From: Bdellovibrionota bacterium
Lineage (GTDB): Bacteria > Bdellovibrionota_C > UBA2361 > OMII01
Length of the DNA: 64,000 bases
Reading direction: 5' to 3'
Assembly (NCBI GenBank): GCA_044356215.1
Contig: JBIKWQ010000001.1
Span: 28,311-92,310 of the forward strand
Below are positions 9,441-18,753 of the stretch, in pieces (within the stretch, counting starts at the first letter, position 1; every line of letters starts with the position of its first letter). The notes beneath the pieces are model-generated. The model was not told the origin of the DNA, made no database searches, and was given only the letters and a program-made list of their open reading frames with translations. Both the position numbers and the translations under genes were made by a program.

Positions 9441-11342
9441 ATGAGCTCATCATTACCTACTTCAGACACTCCCGTTGGCCTTAATTTGGCGCTTCTTAGG
9501 TGCGCTGCCGGAACCGATGTAGGGATGCGGCGCGAAGAGAACCAGGATTGTTTTGGGATAATTAAGCGCCCTGATTTTCAGGCCTTCTTTGTCGCTGACG
9601 GAATGGGCGGCGCGCAGGGTGGCGCCACCGCTTCGCGTATGGCGATCGGAGCCCTACAGGACTCTCTAAACCAGCCAGATGCTCGCGTATCGCTCGATTC
9701 TATTACCTCCACCGTTAGCTCAATTAACCTCAAAATATACGATAAGGGGAGCGCCGAGCCCGCCTACGCGGGAATGGGTACAACCTTGGTCGGTTTGGTG
9801 TTTACCCCGGGGGCGGCCTTTGTGCTCAACGTTGGGGATTCGCGAGCATACAGGATCCGGCACCAAAACATCGAGCAGATCTCAAAGGATCATACCTTGC
9901 TAGGTGAGCTGATTAGCTCTGGAACCATTCAAGCCGATGACGCTCGGGGGCAATCTGTATCTCACATGCTGACCCGTTCGCTCGGACCTCTACCAGAGGT
10001 GGAGGTTGAGGCACGCGCGCTTCCTGAGCTACCTGAGAACGGAGATATCTACGTGCTCTGCTCAGACGGCCTAACAAACTATGTCCCAGCGGAAGATATC
10101 CTCGCCGTGGCGCGACAAAATCCACTTGATGACGCGAGCCAGATCCTAATTAATTTAGCCAACCAACGTGGAGGTGGTGATAATATTACAGTTCTACTGA
10201 TCGCGGTTGGAGAGAAAACTCCCCGATCCAGAAAGCCGACACTCCCGTTTCCCCCATTTGAATCGGAATCATCACAATTAGATGACCAAGGTAGTGATAC
10301 GGAGAGAATAGCTGAAACGAAGCCCGTTATACCCCAACCACCTCCGGTAGAAGAGCCAAAAGACTTAAAGGCGGAACGCAAAGCGTTAAGAGAACGACAA
10401 AAGGTGTACGGTGGACGGACTCCGGCGCTTCCAACATTTATTCTTCTTGGCGCGACATTAGGTACAGGATTATTTATCGGAGGTATCGCCCGCAAAGCCT
10501 CGCTATTTGGTTTTGAAAAGATTAACTCTTTCTATCCCAACTCTGAAGCACCGACCCGGAACGAAATGATCCCGCGCAAAGAGGGTCTTGATGACGTTAC
10601 ATCGCTCGCTGCTTTAGCTCGCCAAATCAGATCTGAAAGAGCTAGTGATCAGGATGAATCACTCTCATCTTCTGGATCCACTCGCAAGCCTGACCAGATT
10701 CGTGCCTCGATCCTACGGCTAGAACAACAGATCAAGACGCTCAGAGAGAACGCGACAAGCTCAAACATCGGCAATACTGAGCCGATTAGGACTGAGGTAG
10801 ATCGATTACAGAAGGAATACTCAGCCATTGAAGCGAACCTTGATGTGGCTTCAAGAGCGGTTACTCTCTGGCTAAGTCGACAAGTAACATTTGAGAATAG
10901 AGCTAAGGATGGCGAATCTTTAGCTGATGTCGAGCAAGTGGCTGCTTACTCAACAGCTATCAAAGAGAAGTTGGCGTCATTATCAGCGGTATCGTACCAA
11001 TACCGGGGCAAGGCCGATGAAGTAGAACTCTACCCGGGCAACACGGCGTTGAGGGCTGATTTTGAAACGCTTCAAGCCAAACGAGATCAGTTGCGCGCGG
11101 AGCTTCAGACGGATGTTAGAAAGGCACTCGGCAATATATTGGCCAATACTTACAAAGATTATGAGACGATTAAAATAAAGCGCGATATCTTATGGCTCGA
11201 TCTTCAGTCCGCCAAACGCGAGCTAGAGGTTCAAACTGCCTTAGTAGATTCAGATCAAACCAAGCGCGCCGACTTGATTCGCTCGCTAGAGGAGCGACTG
11301 GTGGCTGAACAGAGAGAGCTAAAAGAACCTCGCAGCAAGTAG
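9441..11342 (+). CDS. PP2C/PPM-family Ser/Thr phosphatase with Pro-rich linker, one TM helix and long coiled-coil C-terminal domain
   Basis: TDVGMRREENQD, VADGMGG, GMGTT, NVGDSRAY, LCSDGLT, GGGDNITV; hydrophobic segment TFILLGATLGTGLFIGGIA. Confidence 0.9.
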   Translation: MSSSLPTSDTPVGLNLALLRCAAGTDVGMRREENQDCFGIIKRPDFQAFFVADGMGGAQGGATASRMAIGALQDSLNQPDARVSLDSITSTVSSINLKIYDKGSAEPAYAGMGTTLVGLVFTPGAAFVLNVGDSRAYRIRHQNIEQISKDHTLLGELISSGTIQADDARGQSVSHMLTRSLGPLPEVEVEARALPELPENGDIYVLCSDGLTNYVPAEDILAVARQNPLDDASQILINLANQRGGGDNITVLLIAVGEKTPRSRKPTLPFPPFESESSQLDDQGSDTERIAETKPVIPQPPPVEEPKDLKAERKALRERQKVYGGRTPALPTFILLGATLGTGLFIGGIARKASLFGFEKINSFYPNSEAPTRNEMIPRKEGLDDVTSLAALARQIRSERASDQDESLSSSGSTRKPDQIRASILRLEQQIKTLRENATSSNIGNTEPIRTEVDRLQKEYSAIEANLDVASRAVTLWLSRQVTFENRAKDGESLADVEQVAAYSTAIKEKLASLSAVSYQYRGKADEVELYPGNTALRADFETLQAKRDQLRAELQTDVRKALGNILANTYKDYETIKIKRDILWLDLQSAKRELEVQTALVDSDQTKRADLIRSLEERLVAEQRELKEPRSK

Positions 11343-11347
11343 CGTAA

Positions 11348-11429
11348 GAATGGCCGGCAAAACCTACCCGTAGCGAGAAAGTGGAGGTTGATTTGATAAT
11401 CGTGGTAGGGCGTGGTTTGCCTGCCTTCC
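11348..11429. mobile_element. internally deleted derivative of palindromic element family 2
   Basis: GGCCGGCAAAACCTACCCGTAGCGAGAAAGTGGAGGTTGA identical to the left arm at 47989-48028; degenerate right end TTTGCCTGCCTTCC; flanks GTAA/GTAG. Confidence 0.8.
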
Positions 11430-11435
11430 GTAGGG

Positions 11436-12557
11436 CTACTTCACCTTCCGAATAAACGGCTTGCTAGAGACGTACGACTCCCCTTGAAGCTGCGAGACTA
11501 AACGGTCGGCCTGAACCTTATTCTCCTCTGGGCCAACCATCACCCGATAGAAACTCTGACCACTGACGCTGGCTGATTCTACTATAACTGGGAAGCCAGA
11601 ACGCTTTAACTTTTTAGCTACCGCCTCTGCCTCAGAGAGCTTCTTTGGGGCCGCTACCTGCGCAAAATAGCCAGGAGGCAATACCTTTCTGACAAGCCCC
11701 TTGTTATCATCTTTTGGGGCTGGTTTCTCAGCTTGCTTAGCGACTTCGGTGTCCGATAATTTCCCCGCGGATTTAAGCTTCTCATCACTTTGATCAAGCT
11801 TGGCCTGAGAATCAGCGATTTTAACTTGATCTACTCTAGTCGCCTCATTTCGGGCGTTGGCGATTCGCTCGTCAAGCAGCGCCATAGCTGCCGCGTCTGG
11901 GCCATTAGCGGCTGCTTTCTGCGGAGATCCTCCGAGCATCCTGACTGAGGAAGGAACTTGACCTGGGAGTGACTCCGCGCCGAGTCCCTCATCTGAGCCT
12001 ATTATCAATTCTCCATTCTTCGACGCGTCATCGAAAAGCTCCGGCTCATCGGCTCCGCCATTTACTAGTGATCCAGCCTGTCCGGCATTCTTTAGATCTT
12101 TACTTCCACCGTCTGTCAGATCGGAGATGGTAATTTTTTGAGTTGGTGGGGCCTCATCACGTAATTCAGCGTTGTCTCCAACCCTAACAGACGCCCGCGG
12201 ACCATTCGATTCCCTGAGTATCGCTGGCTCTTTCAGGCGTTCATACACACCCTTAGGATTGAGCGCCGCGTTGTTGGCGTAAAGCTCTGGCACCGGGAGC
12301 TTAGCAACCTCACCAGCGGAGCTCTCACGCGCGGACTCAAAGCCAACATAACGACCAGAGAAGAAACCAACGAAATAACCTCCAACGATCGCGCCCACTG
12401 CCAAGCCCAACCATACCGCGACCTGTAACCTACCAAGACGGACCTCCCAGCCCTGTCGCGCCGCTCTACGCCCCGCGCTATCGTCACGCTCGTTAGATAC
12501 ATTCGGCCTAAGAGAGTACCCAGCTCCACTTCTCTGCTCCGCTACTGTTCCGCGCAT
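11436..12557 (-). CDS. SPOR-domain cell division protein (FtsN/DedD-like)
   Basis: N-terminal TM helix, disordered linker, C-terminal YFAQVAA...YRVMVGP SPOR domain. Confidence 0.85.
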   Translation of the reverse strand: MRGTVAEQRSGAGYSLRPNVSNERDDSAGRRAARQGWEVRLGRLQVAVWLGLAVGAIVGGYFVGFFSGRYVGFESARESSAGEVAKLPVPELYANNAALNPKGVYERLKEPAILRESNGPRASVRVGDNAELRDEAPPTQKITISDLTDGGSKDLKNAGQAGSLVNGGADEPELFDDASKNGELIIGSDEGLGAESLPGQVPSSVRMLGGSPQKAAANGPDAAAMALLDERIANARNEATRVDQVKIADSQAKLDQSDEKLKSAGKLSDTEVAKQAEKPAPKDDNKGLVRKVLPPGYFAQVAAPKKLSEAEAVAKKLKRSGFPVIVESASVSGQSFYRVMVGPEENKVQADRLVSQLQGESYVSSKPFIRKVK

Positions 12558-12588
12558 CTTCTCTCCATCAATAGGGGGAGGTTTCGCC

Positions 12589-13836
12589 TCACTTCCCCAA
12601 ACTCACTATACAAGAAAGTCCGAAACCGAGACCAGCCGCTATTTCACGAATCGTCTCATCTTGAAGACCTCGCTCCAGAGATAATCTGGTAGCCGGCGCG
12701 TTTATGAACGCGTGTCCCTCTCGTGACAATCGCTCAAAAGCTTCGCACCAGGCCTCCACCTCGTTATGAGCGATCGCGCGCGCTGCGTATACTGGCAAAA
12801 ACAGGGCGCTCAGTAAGAGATTCCTGTAGACCTCAACCCCACGGATTAATTCCGCTATTTTTCCCCGCGCTACAGGGAGCGGCAGTAATCCCGAGAACCT
12901 AGAGTATCTCTCGATTAAAACTCGCGCACTCCAGAGTGGTGACGAGCACTCGTCAAAGAGCGCCACCGCGGGATCAAAATCACCGGATGGGGTTGTAGAC
13001 GCCGCGTGAAAAAGAAACCTCGCCCAGAGGTCTCGATTCGATAATTTATCGACAACTCGTCCTAAATATTTCGCGCTCAAGATCTCGGACAGAGCGCGAT
13101 CGCGACTTAAAAGCCAGCCATCCTCGGGCATCGTGACGCGTGTCCGTCCGCTTATTCGCAGATTGGCGATAGCTTTGACGGTCCTTGACTCCAAACGTTC
13201 GTGATAATGATGAGAGGTCCAAATAGCCACGGGGGGATTATCATCAGGTATCTCAACTTCTCTACGAGACTCTCCCTCATGGTCGAGGATCCATTCTACC
13301 GCCTCCTTAAAAAGATCAATCAGCTCCGCGTCCGATTTAATCTCTCTTTGCTGTAACGGGCACACCCGGAATGTCGCTCGATCGCCATTATTCACAATTA
13401 ACAGAACCTGCAACGCCGCTCGCGCCAGAAGTCGAATGCGGGCATAGACTGGCTCTGTATTATCTGGGAGGAGGCACCAGATACCCTTATCTAGATAATC
13501 GTTAACTGCGTTGTGTCTACCCAATAGGCCCAAAGCTTCTCCTACTCCGCTAGAGACCTCCGATAGAAGCTCTTGTTTACTGACATTGGAGCAGACGATG
13601 TAGCCGTTATCATTCCTCCATTTGGCGTCACTTGTCTTTGACAATCCCGCTATCAGCAAACCAGCTATCGTCACCGCGCTCTGCCGGGTCGCTTTGGCTA
13701 TCTCAACAGCAGCCGTCGAGCTCAATTCGCCGTGATCTAATGAGTACATCGGCAGAAAACGCGCCGACTTTGGTAGGTCAATTGTCGGATATTCCACAGA
13801 GACCAGCTCTAACAGACGCTTAGTCAGAATACTCAT
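12589..13836 (-). CDS. degenerate arginyl-tRNA synthetase-like protein (no HIGH/KMSK)
   Basis: HGELSSTAAVEIAK resembles Arg_tRNA_synt_N; RFLF...DFD....SPLW and L...L.LP...A....E......L....HAFIN resemble the DALR region; directly upstream of a SPOR gene as argS commonly is. Confidence 0.65.
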   Translation of the reverse strand: MSILTKRLLELVSVEYPTIDLPKSARFLPMYSLDHGELSSTAAVEIAKATRQSAVTIAGLLIAGLSKTSDAKWRNDNGYIVCSNVSKQELLSEVSSGVGEALGLLGRHNAVNDYLDKGIWCLLPDNTEPVYARIRLLARAALQVLLIVNNGDRATFRVCPLQQREIKSDAELIDLFKEAVEWILDHEGESRREVEIPDDNPPVAIWTSHHYHERLESRTVKAIANLRISGRTRVTMPEDGWLLSRDRALSEILSAKYLGRVVDKLSNRDLWARFLFHAASTTPSGDFDPAVALFDECSSPLWSARVLIERYSRFSGLLPLPVARGKIAELIRGVEVYRNLLLSALFLPVYAARAIAHNEVEAWCEAFERLSREGHAFINAPATRLSLERGLQDETIREIAAGLGFGLSCIVSLGK

Positions 13837-14957
13837 CCTCTTATCTCCTTAAGACACATCTTGAGTAGCTCCTTTAATTCGTCTGTGCAGTGAACAGAGT
13901 AAGCAGCAGCGACATCAGGAACGGTTCTTAGAGCCGCTGGCGAACGCTCTGCCTCTAAGATCTCCCCTGCCCTTCTTAAAACCCGATTCCCCTCGTGCAC
14001 CGCTCGCGCGACATCCTCGCGGCCATCCCTTAAGATACCGGCGACGATCAAAACCTTCGCGGCCTCGGAGAAGAGCTCGGCTCCGATAGCAGGCCTTAAA
14101 AGCTCAAGACGCTCCAAGCTCTCAAACAACCAAGCCTGACTATCAACCGTGATAATGGAAAGATTACCGAATAGCCCGCGCTGAAGATACTCCTGCAGCA
14201 CCTCACTCGGAGACTTCTCATCAAAAGCGGCGAGCACCTCGTTCCAAACACGTCGTGGCGAAAGTGTCGCGAGCGCTCCACTCTTTACCGCTTCAAGAAA
14301 CGCCGCCAAGGTAGTCATATCAAAATGAAACGACAATCTGACTAGATAACGTACCGCTCGGAAGAGTCGCGTCGGATCATCAATAAAACTCCTCGGATGA
14401 AGCACCCGAAGCGTCGAGGCTTGGATATCACCGATTCCACCACAAGGATCAATCGCCTCTTTCTCGAGGTTCGCTCGCGAGACACCGCCACTTCGCAACC
14501 TCTGATAGCTCTCTAAGCTGATCGCTATCGCATTAGAAGAGAAGTCTCGACGCCAGAGATCTCGATCAATCGGCGCCGGACGCACCGTCGGTAAAGCTCC
14601 TGGTCGCTCATAAATCTCTTCCCTAGCTGTAGCGACATCTATCTCATCAAGAAATGGGGCTACTTCAGCGGCTGAGGCCCCAACGAAAGGCGCGACTAAC
14701 TTGACTGTTAAAAACTGCTCATGGACCTTAACTGAACACCCTAGAAGCATTGCTAGCTGATTGGCGAAGGGAACTCCCTCACCTTCCACGACTATATCAA
14801 GATCGTGCTCTCCGACCTGTCTTCCCATCAGTGCGTCACGAACAACTCCTCCGACAACGAACACTCGCTCACCTCTTTCACCAGAGATCCGCAGAGCCGA
14901 ATCGACAGCTCTCTCAAGCCCGATCAATCCTCCGTTGTTAGAGCACTCGTCACCCAC
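13833..14957 (-). CDS. class II tRNA nucleotidyltransferase (A-adding-like signature, no CBS/DHH domains)
   Basis: VGGVVRD, DLDIVV, DVATAR.E.Y..PGALP.V, DLWRRDF..NA, SFIDDPTR. Confidence 0.85.
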   Translation of the reverse strand: MGDECSNNGGLIGLERAVDSALRISGERGERVFVVGGVVRDALMGRQVGEHDLDIVVEGEGVPFANQLAMLLGCSVKVHEQFLTVKLVAPFVGASAAEVAPFLDEIDVATAREEIYERPGALPTVRPAPIDRDLWRRDFSSNAIAISLESYQRLRSGGVSRANLEKEAIDPCGGIGDIQASTLRVLHPRSFIDDPTRLFRAVRYLVRLSFHFDMTTLAAFLEAVKSGALATLSPRRVWNEVLAAFDEKSPSEVLQEYLQRGLFGNLSIITVDSQAWLFESLERLELLRPAIGAELFSEAAKVLIVAGILRDGREDVARAVHEGNRVLRRAGEILEAERSPAALRTVPDVAAAYSVHCTDELKELLKMCLKEIRG

Positions 14958-14969
14958 AGCGAGACGCTC

Positions 14970-15554
14970 CTAACCCTCGTGACATTCATCGTCTGACATG
15001 ATCTCGTCTCTAAAGATCGGCAAACCAACCGACTGTTGCCCTCGGTATTTACCAGTATCGTCGTAACGAATAACGCTCGGCGATTTAAGCTCAAATAAAC
15101 CAACCCTGGCGATCTTCATTTTTGGGTAAAGCAATATCGGATTCGGTCCGTGATTAGCTAACTCAAGCGTTACAGCTCTGTCACTATGACCTGGGTAAAC
15201 CATCATCGCCGTCTGAACGATCGTCAAGCCAACTCTCGCCAACGTGCTTCGACCCTCAATTAGAAATCCGATCGAAGCTCCAACCGTAACGCGTTGGAAC
15301 GTATGTCCCAACATGAACTCGCCGGGTCTGAGGGTATACGGCTTATCAGGGGTAATAATAATCTGATCGTATGGAGGAGGCTCAGCCTTCATCACATCTA
15401 CAACGTATCCACCACGAGGCTTCAGTAACTCCTCACCCAAATGCAAGGTGATCCCAGATGACCGGATCCACTTCTCGGAAAACGGAGTGATCTTCAGTTC
15501 CCCATTCTTGATTACGTTCTTAATATCCTCATCTGATAACATCATAGCGATCAC
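14970..15554 (-). CDS. dcd: dCTP deaminase
   Basis: LSDEDI, L.PGEF.L, EGRSTLARVGL, TLELAN, GKY.GQ; start may be 15545 or 15542. Confidence 0.88.
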   Translation of the reverse strand: MIAMMLSDEDIKNVIKNGELKITPFSEKWIRSSGITLHLGEELLKPRGGYVVDVMKAEPPPYDQIIITPDKPYTLRPGEFMLGHTFQRVTVGASIGFLIEGRSTLARVGLTIVQTAMMVYPGHSDRAVTLELANHGPNPILLYPKMKIARVGLFELKSPSVIRYDDTGKYRGQQSVGLPIFRDEIMSDDECHEG

Positions 15555-15768
15555 CTATTTCTACATTTAACCCGGCCGATAAGAATACAACGATTACGCC
15601 AAAATCGACAGAAGAACCGCCCCTTGGGCGCCCCAAACCACTCTTTAGCACACTTTTTGAGCATTAACTATTTCCAAGTGACTAATATTATTGTAAAACC
15701 CGTTTGGTAGTGGCCAAGTCGACACCAAACCAAAGGTCAAAATAAAGTACTAACAAAGAGTTTAGGCT

Positions 15769-16053
15769 ATGGAAAATTCAGATCTTAGAGCAAAAGAGAT
15801 TCAGGGCAGTTACAAGTGGTTAATGATCGCTGGGTCAGCCGCTGTTCTTTTAAGCTGCTTCCTATTCTACGTTGACGACGTTGTAATGAGCCACGCACCA
15901 GAGCGCGACAAAGCTCACGCTGCTGAGATGGCTGAGCTAAGAAAGGCACAGGCTAGCCTGCCATCGCGAGTAACGGATTCCAGGCAAACCCTACCTTTAG
16001 AGATCGAGGCAGAAAACAAAGAAGCCCACGAGGCAGACGGCCACGCTCACTAA
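15769..16053 (+). CDS. small single-TM hypothetical protein
   Basis: ATG-started ORF with one hydrophobic helix and a His-rich tail. Confidence 0.55.
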   Translation: MENSDLRAKEIQGSYKWLMIAGSAAVLLSCFLFYVDDVVMSHAPERDKAHAAEMAELRKAQASLPSRVTDSRQTLPLEIEAENKEAHEADGHAH

Positions 16054-16072
16054 ACGAGACGGTCAGACTTTA

Positions 16073-16603
16073 GTGGCCCGCGATTTATCAAGAAAAGCGA
16101 TCTCTTATCTCCTCTCAGCGTTAAATCAAATGGCGCCGAAGGACTCGTCTCTTGAGCAGAGAGAAGCCGCAATTAGAGGAGTGCTAAGACGTTATCCCTT
16201 CTGGACAGACGGCCAACTGTCTCTTGCTAACATAGCTCTTCAAGGAGACAACGTTGCTCTTGCTTACAGCTCAGCGATCTCAGCGAAAATCCTCTCCGGG
16301 CAAGATAACGTGCGCTTAAGGCAATCGCTATTCCTGTTAGGTAGATGTTTTCTCAAGAGAAGCGATTGGCAAGCTGCTTTGAATTATTTTAGGGAAGCCG
16401 AGACACTGGGACTTAATTCAAGCTCACTTAAAGAAGACACCGCGGCTGCCTATATTTTAGGCGAGAGATACGCCGAGGCGCTTAAGGCCCTTGAGGCGAT
16501 CCCGGATAGTGAGATATCGCCGGAGGCTAAGGCGGCGTTGGGGTTTGTTAGGGGAGTGCAAGGATTTGCGGATGAGATAAATATGAGGCTGGATAAACTA
16601 TAG
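16073..16603 (+). CDS. TPR-repeat protein
   Basis: LFLLGRCFL...WQAALNYF and AAAYILGERYAEAL helical repeats. Confidence 0.65.
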   Translation: MARDLSRKAISYLLSALNQMAPKDSSLEQREAAIRGVLRRYPFWTDGQLSLANIALQGDNVALAYSSAISAKILSGQDNVRLRQSLFLLGRCFLKRSDWQAALNYFREAETLGLNSSSLKEDTAAAYILGERYAEALKALEAIPDSEISPEAKAALGFVRGVQGFADEINMRLDKL

Positions 16604-16609
16604 GATTGT

Positions 16610-17698
16610 ATGAATCTGAAATCGATCGGCTCATGTTTCTTGTTTATTTTACTCCTCATCGCGCCAACTGGCGCCTTTTCAGAGCCGCAGAGATATAGAA
16701 TCGCTGCGATTCTCCCCTTAAGCGGTCAGGTTTCCTCGCTAGGGTCATACGTTCGCAAAGGAATCGAACTGGCGTTGGAGAGGTTACCACCCTCAGAGCA
16801 GGGATCCTTAGAAGTAGTGTTTGAAGACGATCAGTTTGAGCCAGCCAAAACCATAGGCGCCTATCGCAAGCTCAAAGCAACTCAGGGGATTGATGCTGTC
16901 TTGGTAGTGGGCTCACCGCCAGCAAATGCTCTTGGTCCGATTACGGAAAATGACGGGACGCTATTAATGGCAATAGGCGCATCCGACCCGTCAATCGCTG
17001 TCGGTAAGAAATACTCGTTTATACATTGGGTCTCTCCCTTAACATTAGCCGAAAAACTTGCAGATCAAATGATAAAACGAGACTTCCAGCGAGTCGCCTT
17101 TATCGTAGCCGAGGTAACAGGTACAATGGCGGCAGCAGACGCGGCAGTTGCTGCTCTAAAAATTCGCGGTGCCGCTCAGAGAATTATATACCGAGAGGAC
17201 TTCATCAAAAATACGACCGATTACAGGACCGCTCTCTCTAAAATTCGACAAGAGAAAGCTGATGCGGTAGTCGCGGTTCTATTTCCTGGCGCTCTGGCCT
17301 CCTTCGCGCGACAGTTCCGTGAAATGAGAATTGCAGCGGATCTGATTGGGATTGAAACTTTTGAAGATGCCGCCGAGGTGAAAGCTTCAAATGGCGCGCT
17401 AATTGGGACTTGGTACGTAAACGCCTCGGATAATCGAAGTGATTTTATTGAGGAGTACAAGCGCAAATACGAAGAGCATCCTGGCTGGGCAAGTGGAAAT
17501 GGGTACGACTCGCTGAAGCTTATTTCGTCCGCTGTAAAAAGTGTCGGTTCAAATAACAAACAAATTGGCGACTTTCTGCGTGCCGTTAAGGACTACGCCG
17601 GCGCGACCGGCATCTATTCGTCTTCAGGGGACAATCGCTTTACTTTACCAGCTACATTAAAAAGAGTGACCCCTAGGGGATTTGAAAGTTTTGAATAA
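16610..17698 (+). CDS. LivJ/LivK-like periplasmic binding protein (orphan)
   Basis: Signal peptide, ILPLSG..S.LG...GIELA, VFEDDQ, DYRTAL.KI, GYDS, YAGATG. Confidence 0.85.
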   Translation: MNLKSIGSCFLFILLLIAPTGAFSEPQRYRIAAILPLSGQVSSLGSYVRKGIELALERLPPSEQGSLEVVFEDDQFEPAKTIGAYRKLKATQGIDAVLVVGSPPANALGPITENDGTLLMAIGASDPSIAVGKKYSFIHWVSPLTLAEKLADQMIKRDFQRVAFIVAEVTGTMAAADAAVAALKIRGAAQRIIYREDFIKNTTDYRTALSKIRQEKADAVVAVLFPGALASFARQFREMRIAADLIGIETFEDAAEVKASNGALIGTWYVNASDNRSDFIEEYKRKYEEHPGWASGNGYDSLKLISSAVKSVGSNNKQIGDFLRAVKDYAGATGIYSSSGDNRFTLPATLKRVTPRGFESFE

Positions 17699-17740
17699 AT
17701 TGACTCTGAGAGTGAGTGCCAGCTTATTATTACAACTCCG

Positions 17741-18484
17741 ATGCCTAAAGAAGCCCCACCCCCAACCAATCCCAATCAAGCTACCTTCGGCATCTCCTAT
17801 CTAGACTCCGGCGGCACCCACCCTCCCCTGCTTTGCCTACACGGTATTCAAGGAAGCAAAGAATCATTCTCGTTTTTGCTTAACTCGCCGCTCGCGCGAC
17901 AAGCTCGACTGATTATCCCTGATATTCCCGGATTCGGAGCGTCTCACGCGCCTTCCGATTGTGTATTCGACCTAGAGCGACAGGCTGAGCGTCTGGTCGA
18001 TTTTATTGATGAAATAAAAATCAAGCGGCTCATCGTTTACGGACACAGCCTTGGAGGTATGTTGGGAACTCTGTTGCTTGAAAAAATTCCAGACAGGATC
18101 ACCGGACTCATAAGCTCTGAAGGTAATCTTAGTTTAGAGGATTGCGGAGAAAGCAGGCGTGTTGTCGAGATCGACTTTGATGAGTTTGAGGCCACTCGGT
18201 ATCCGGAGCTTAAAAAGCGTGGCGTCAGCACCAGTGCAGTATCCTTTTACTCAACCGCTAGATCTGTGGTACACCTCTCGGAAAGCGCGCGACTTTTCAC
18301 AGTGCTGGCGAATTCTCCGCGTCCTGTGTTGTTTATCAGAGGAGGTGCCAGCCACTTCAAAAGCGTTCCCGTCGGGGATAATGTACGTAACGTGGAGATC
18401 CCAAACGAGACTCATTTCACCCTGCCAGGGAGTCGCGGATCAATCGATATAGTAACTAGTTTTTTTAGCGAGCTGTGTGGGTGA
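17741..18484 (+). CDS. alpha/beta hydrolase
   Basis: LHG, PDIPGFGAS, GHSLGG nucleophile elbow, SSEGNL, C-terminal HF. Confidence 0.85.
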   Translation: MPKEAPPPTNPNQATFGISYLDSGGTHPPLLCLHGIQGSKESFSFLLNSPLARQARLIIPDIPGFGASHAPSDCVFDLERQAERLVDFIDEIKIKRLIVYGHSLGGMLGTLLLEKIPDRITGLISSEGNLSLEDCGESRRVVEIDFDEFEATRYPELKKRGVSTSAVSFYSTARSVVHLSESARLFTVLANSPRPVLFIRGGASHFKSVPVGDNVRNVEIPNETHFTLPGSRGSIDIVTSFFSELCG

Positions 18485-18654
18485 GAATTAGAGACATCCG
18501 GACGCGAGCCAGCACAGCTCGTGCGCGCCGGTGTCACTAACGGGTCAAACACTAGGCCACCCAGCTTTTTTCAGTGCGATTCAACAATCCAGAACGGTCC
18601 CTCTTCTAAGCCCCCGCTTGCTTTTTCGCATGCCGTCATAGTACCCTCCTCCGG

Positions 18655-18750
18655 AACCCAGGGGTGGTCGCATAGTAGTGACCTGAGATGCTTCTAAAAG
18701 AAGCAAAACCCTTTGAACCTGAGGCGGATAACACCGACGTAGGGAGAGGA
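18655..18750 (+). ncRNA. TPP riboswitch
   Basis: GGGGTG...CTGAGA...ACCCTTTGAACCTGA..GGATAACACC..CGTAGGGA consensus; 3' end overlaps the RBS of the downstream receptor; thiN adjacent. Confidence 0.9.
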
Positions 18751-18753
18751 ATA

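Noticed and set aside
18688..18753. Upstream start of the TonB receptor
   Set aside because: It lies within the TPP aptamer; the SD-linked ATG is at 18754.
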